Shown: positions 62,437 to 64,000 of the stretch, piece after piece
How the letters are laid out: every line of letters starts with the position of its first letter
Position numbering within the stretch: position 1 is the first letter of the stretch
Assembly (NCBI GenBank): GCA_030390025.1
Contig: CM059431.1
Span: 135,534,001 to 135,598,000 of the forward strand
Reading direction: 5' to 3'
Source of the DNA: Squalus acanthias
Taxonomy: Eukaryota
DNA length: 64,000 nt
Program-made: the position numbers and the translations under genes
The notes under the pieces: generated by a model
The model's input: only the letters and a program-made list of their open reading frames with translations
Databases searched by the model: none
Told to the model about the DNA's origin: nothing

Positions 62437-63653
62437 ATAGAGTCATAATGGCACAGAAGGAGGCCATTTAGCCCATTGAGTCTGTGCTGGCTCTCTGTAG
62501 AGCAATCCAGTCAGTCCCATTCCCCCGCTCTATCCCCGTAGCTCTGCAAGTTTATTTCCCTCAAGTGCCGATCCAGTCTCCCCTTGAAAACATTGAGTGT
62601 CTCCGCTTCCAGCACTTCCGTTGGTAGTGAGTTCCAGGTCCTCACCACTCGCTGCGTAAAAATGATTTTCCTCACGTCCACCCTGTATCTCTTGCCCAAA
62701 AGCTAAAATCTGTGTCCCCTAGTCCTTATACCATCAATTAGTGGGAACAGCCTTTGCCCATCTAGCCTATCCAAACCCGTCATAATCTTGTACACTTCTA
62801 TCAAATCACCCCTCAACCACCTTTGCTCTGCACACTCTTTAAAACTGTGCCATTAAGTGTATATTGCCTCTCCCTGTTCCTTCTGCCAAAATGCATCACC
62901 TCACACTTCTCTGTATTAAATTCCATCTGCCACTTGTCTGCCCATTCTGCTAGACTTTCTATGTCCTGTTGCAGTCGATTGATATCATCATCACTGTTTG
63001 CCACACCCCCAAGTTTGGTATCATCAGCAAATTTAGAAATTATCCTCTGTATTCCAATATCCAGGTCATTTATATATATGAAAAAAAACAGTGGCCCCAG
63101 CACTGACCCTTGGGGAACACCACTGTCTACCATCTTCCAGTCTGAAAAACAGCCATTTACCACAACTCACTGTTTTCTATCCTTAAGCTAATTCCTTATC
63201 CAAGCTACCACTGAGCCACCTATTCCATGAGCCTCAATTTTGTTAACCAGCCTTCTATGTGATACTTGGTCAAACGCCTTCCGAAAATCCATGTAGACAA
63301 CATCCATTGCATTCCCTTCATCAATCCTCCCTGTTACTTCATCAAAAAATTCAATTAGATTAGTCAAACACGATCTGCCTTTTACAAATCCGTGTTGGCT
63401 CTCCTTAATTAGCTTAAACCTCTCCAAATGCCCGTTAATTTTTTCCTTGATTATTGTTTCTAAAACTTTACCCACCACTGATGTTAAACTGACCGGCCTG
63501 TATTTACTAGGATTGTCCTTAAACCCTTTCTTGAACAATGGTGTCACATTTGCCACTTTCCAATCCTCAGGCACATCCCCGGCATCTAGGGAAGATTGGA
63601 AAATTATGGCTTGTCCTTCTGTTATCTTCTCCCCCAATTCCCTTAGCAACCTA
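62437..63653 (-). mobile_element. CR1 LINE RT and 3' end with an internal deletion at about 62825
   Basis: YRPVSL, QHGF, KFADDTK, FTQRVVRTWNSLP; the tail continues at 61534-61546. Confidence 0.9.
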
Positions 63654-64000
63654 GGAGGAGGAGGTGGATCTGTGTGGGAGCGGCAGCAGGACCTGAGAGA
63701 AGGCAGAGCGGCCATAAAAGAGCACTGCAGAGGAGGCCTGACACCGGAGGAGGCGGACCTGTGTGAGAGCGGCAGCGGGACCTGAGAGAAGGCGGAGCGG
63801 CCATAAAAGAGTGCTGCAGAGGAGGCTGTGAGTTGGGAAAGAGTCCGAGAGCGGGAGCAGTCAAACAACAACTGCGAAACCGCTAAAGTGATGTCACAAC
63901 CAGGAAAGGAGCTGATTGGTAAGTAGGACCTGGTGAGTATTTCTACAGTCCAGTCATTGAAATAAAAGTAAGGCCTCTAGTTTAGAGTAAGTAGTGTTTA
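63654..64000 (+). mobile_element. Probable CR1 5'UTR with about 79-bp tandem units
   Basis: Two copies of gagcggcagc..gacctgagagaaggc..gagcggccataaaagag; GTGATGTCAC, GGTAAGT and GGTGAGTATTT as at 46778-46822 (-). Confidence 0.6.

Overview
Eukaryotic, repeat-saturated genomic DNA. The CR1, L2, Penelope, Deu-type SINE and Harbinger content suggests a cartilaginous fish (inference). No host protein-coding gene can be called with confidence. The dominant feature is a 14.3-kb array of about 955 in-phase 15-bp units (GGAGTAYCTGGAGYG, 3756-18090). One frame reads as elastin-like [15 protein letters not shown] pentapeptides. The array appears to have expanded inside the 5' LTR of a Gmr1-like Gypsy element, whose PBS, gag and protease remnants lie downstream, split by nested Harbinger, CR1 and LINE insertions. 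A second LTR element, with a tRNA-Arg PBS and an open gag-like frame, runs off the left edge. The rest is deeply nested transposable elements: several CR1 subfamilies (one near full-length with esterase ORF1, one with an intact 548-codon RT frame), two transposase+Myb Harbinger elements, MITEs, L2 fragments, a LINE with a tRNA-like head, and Penelope fragments carrying intact minimal hammerhead ribozyme motifs. All calls are by eye from the sequence; no database search was run.
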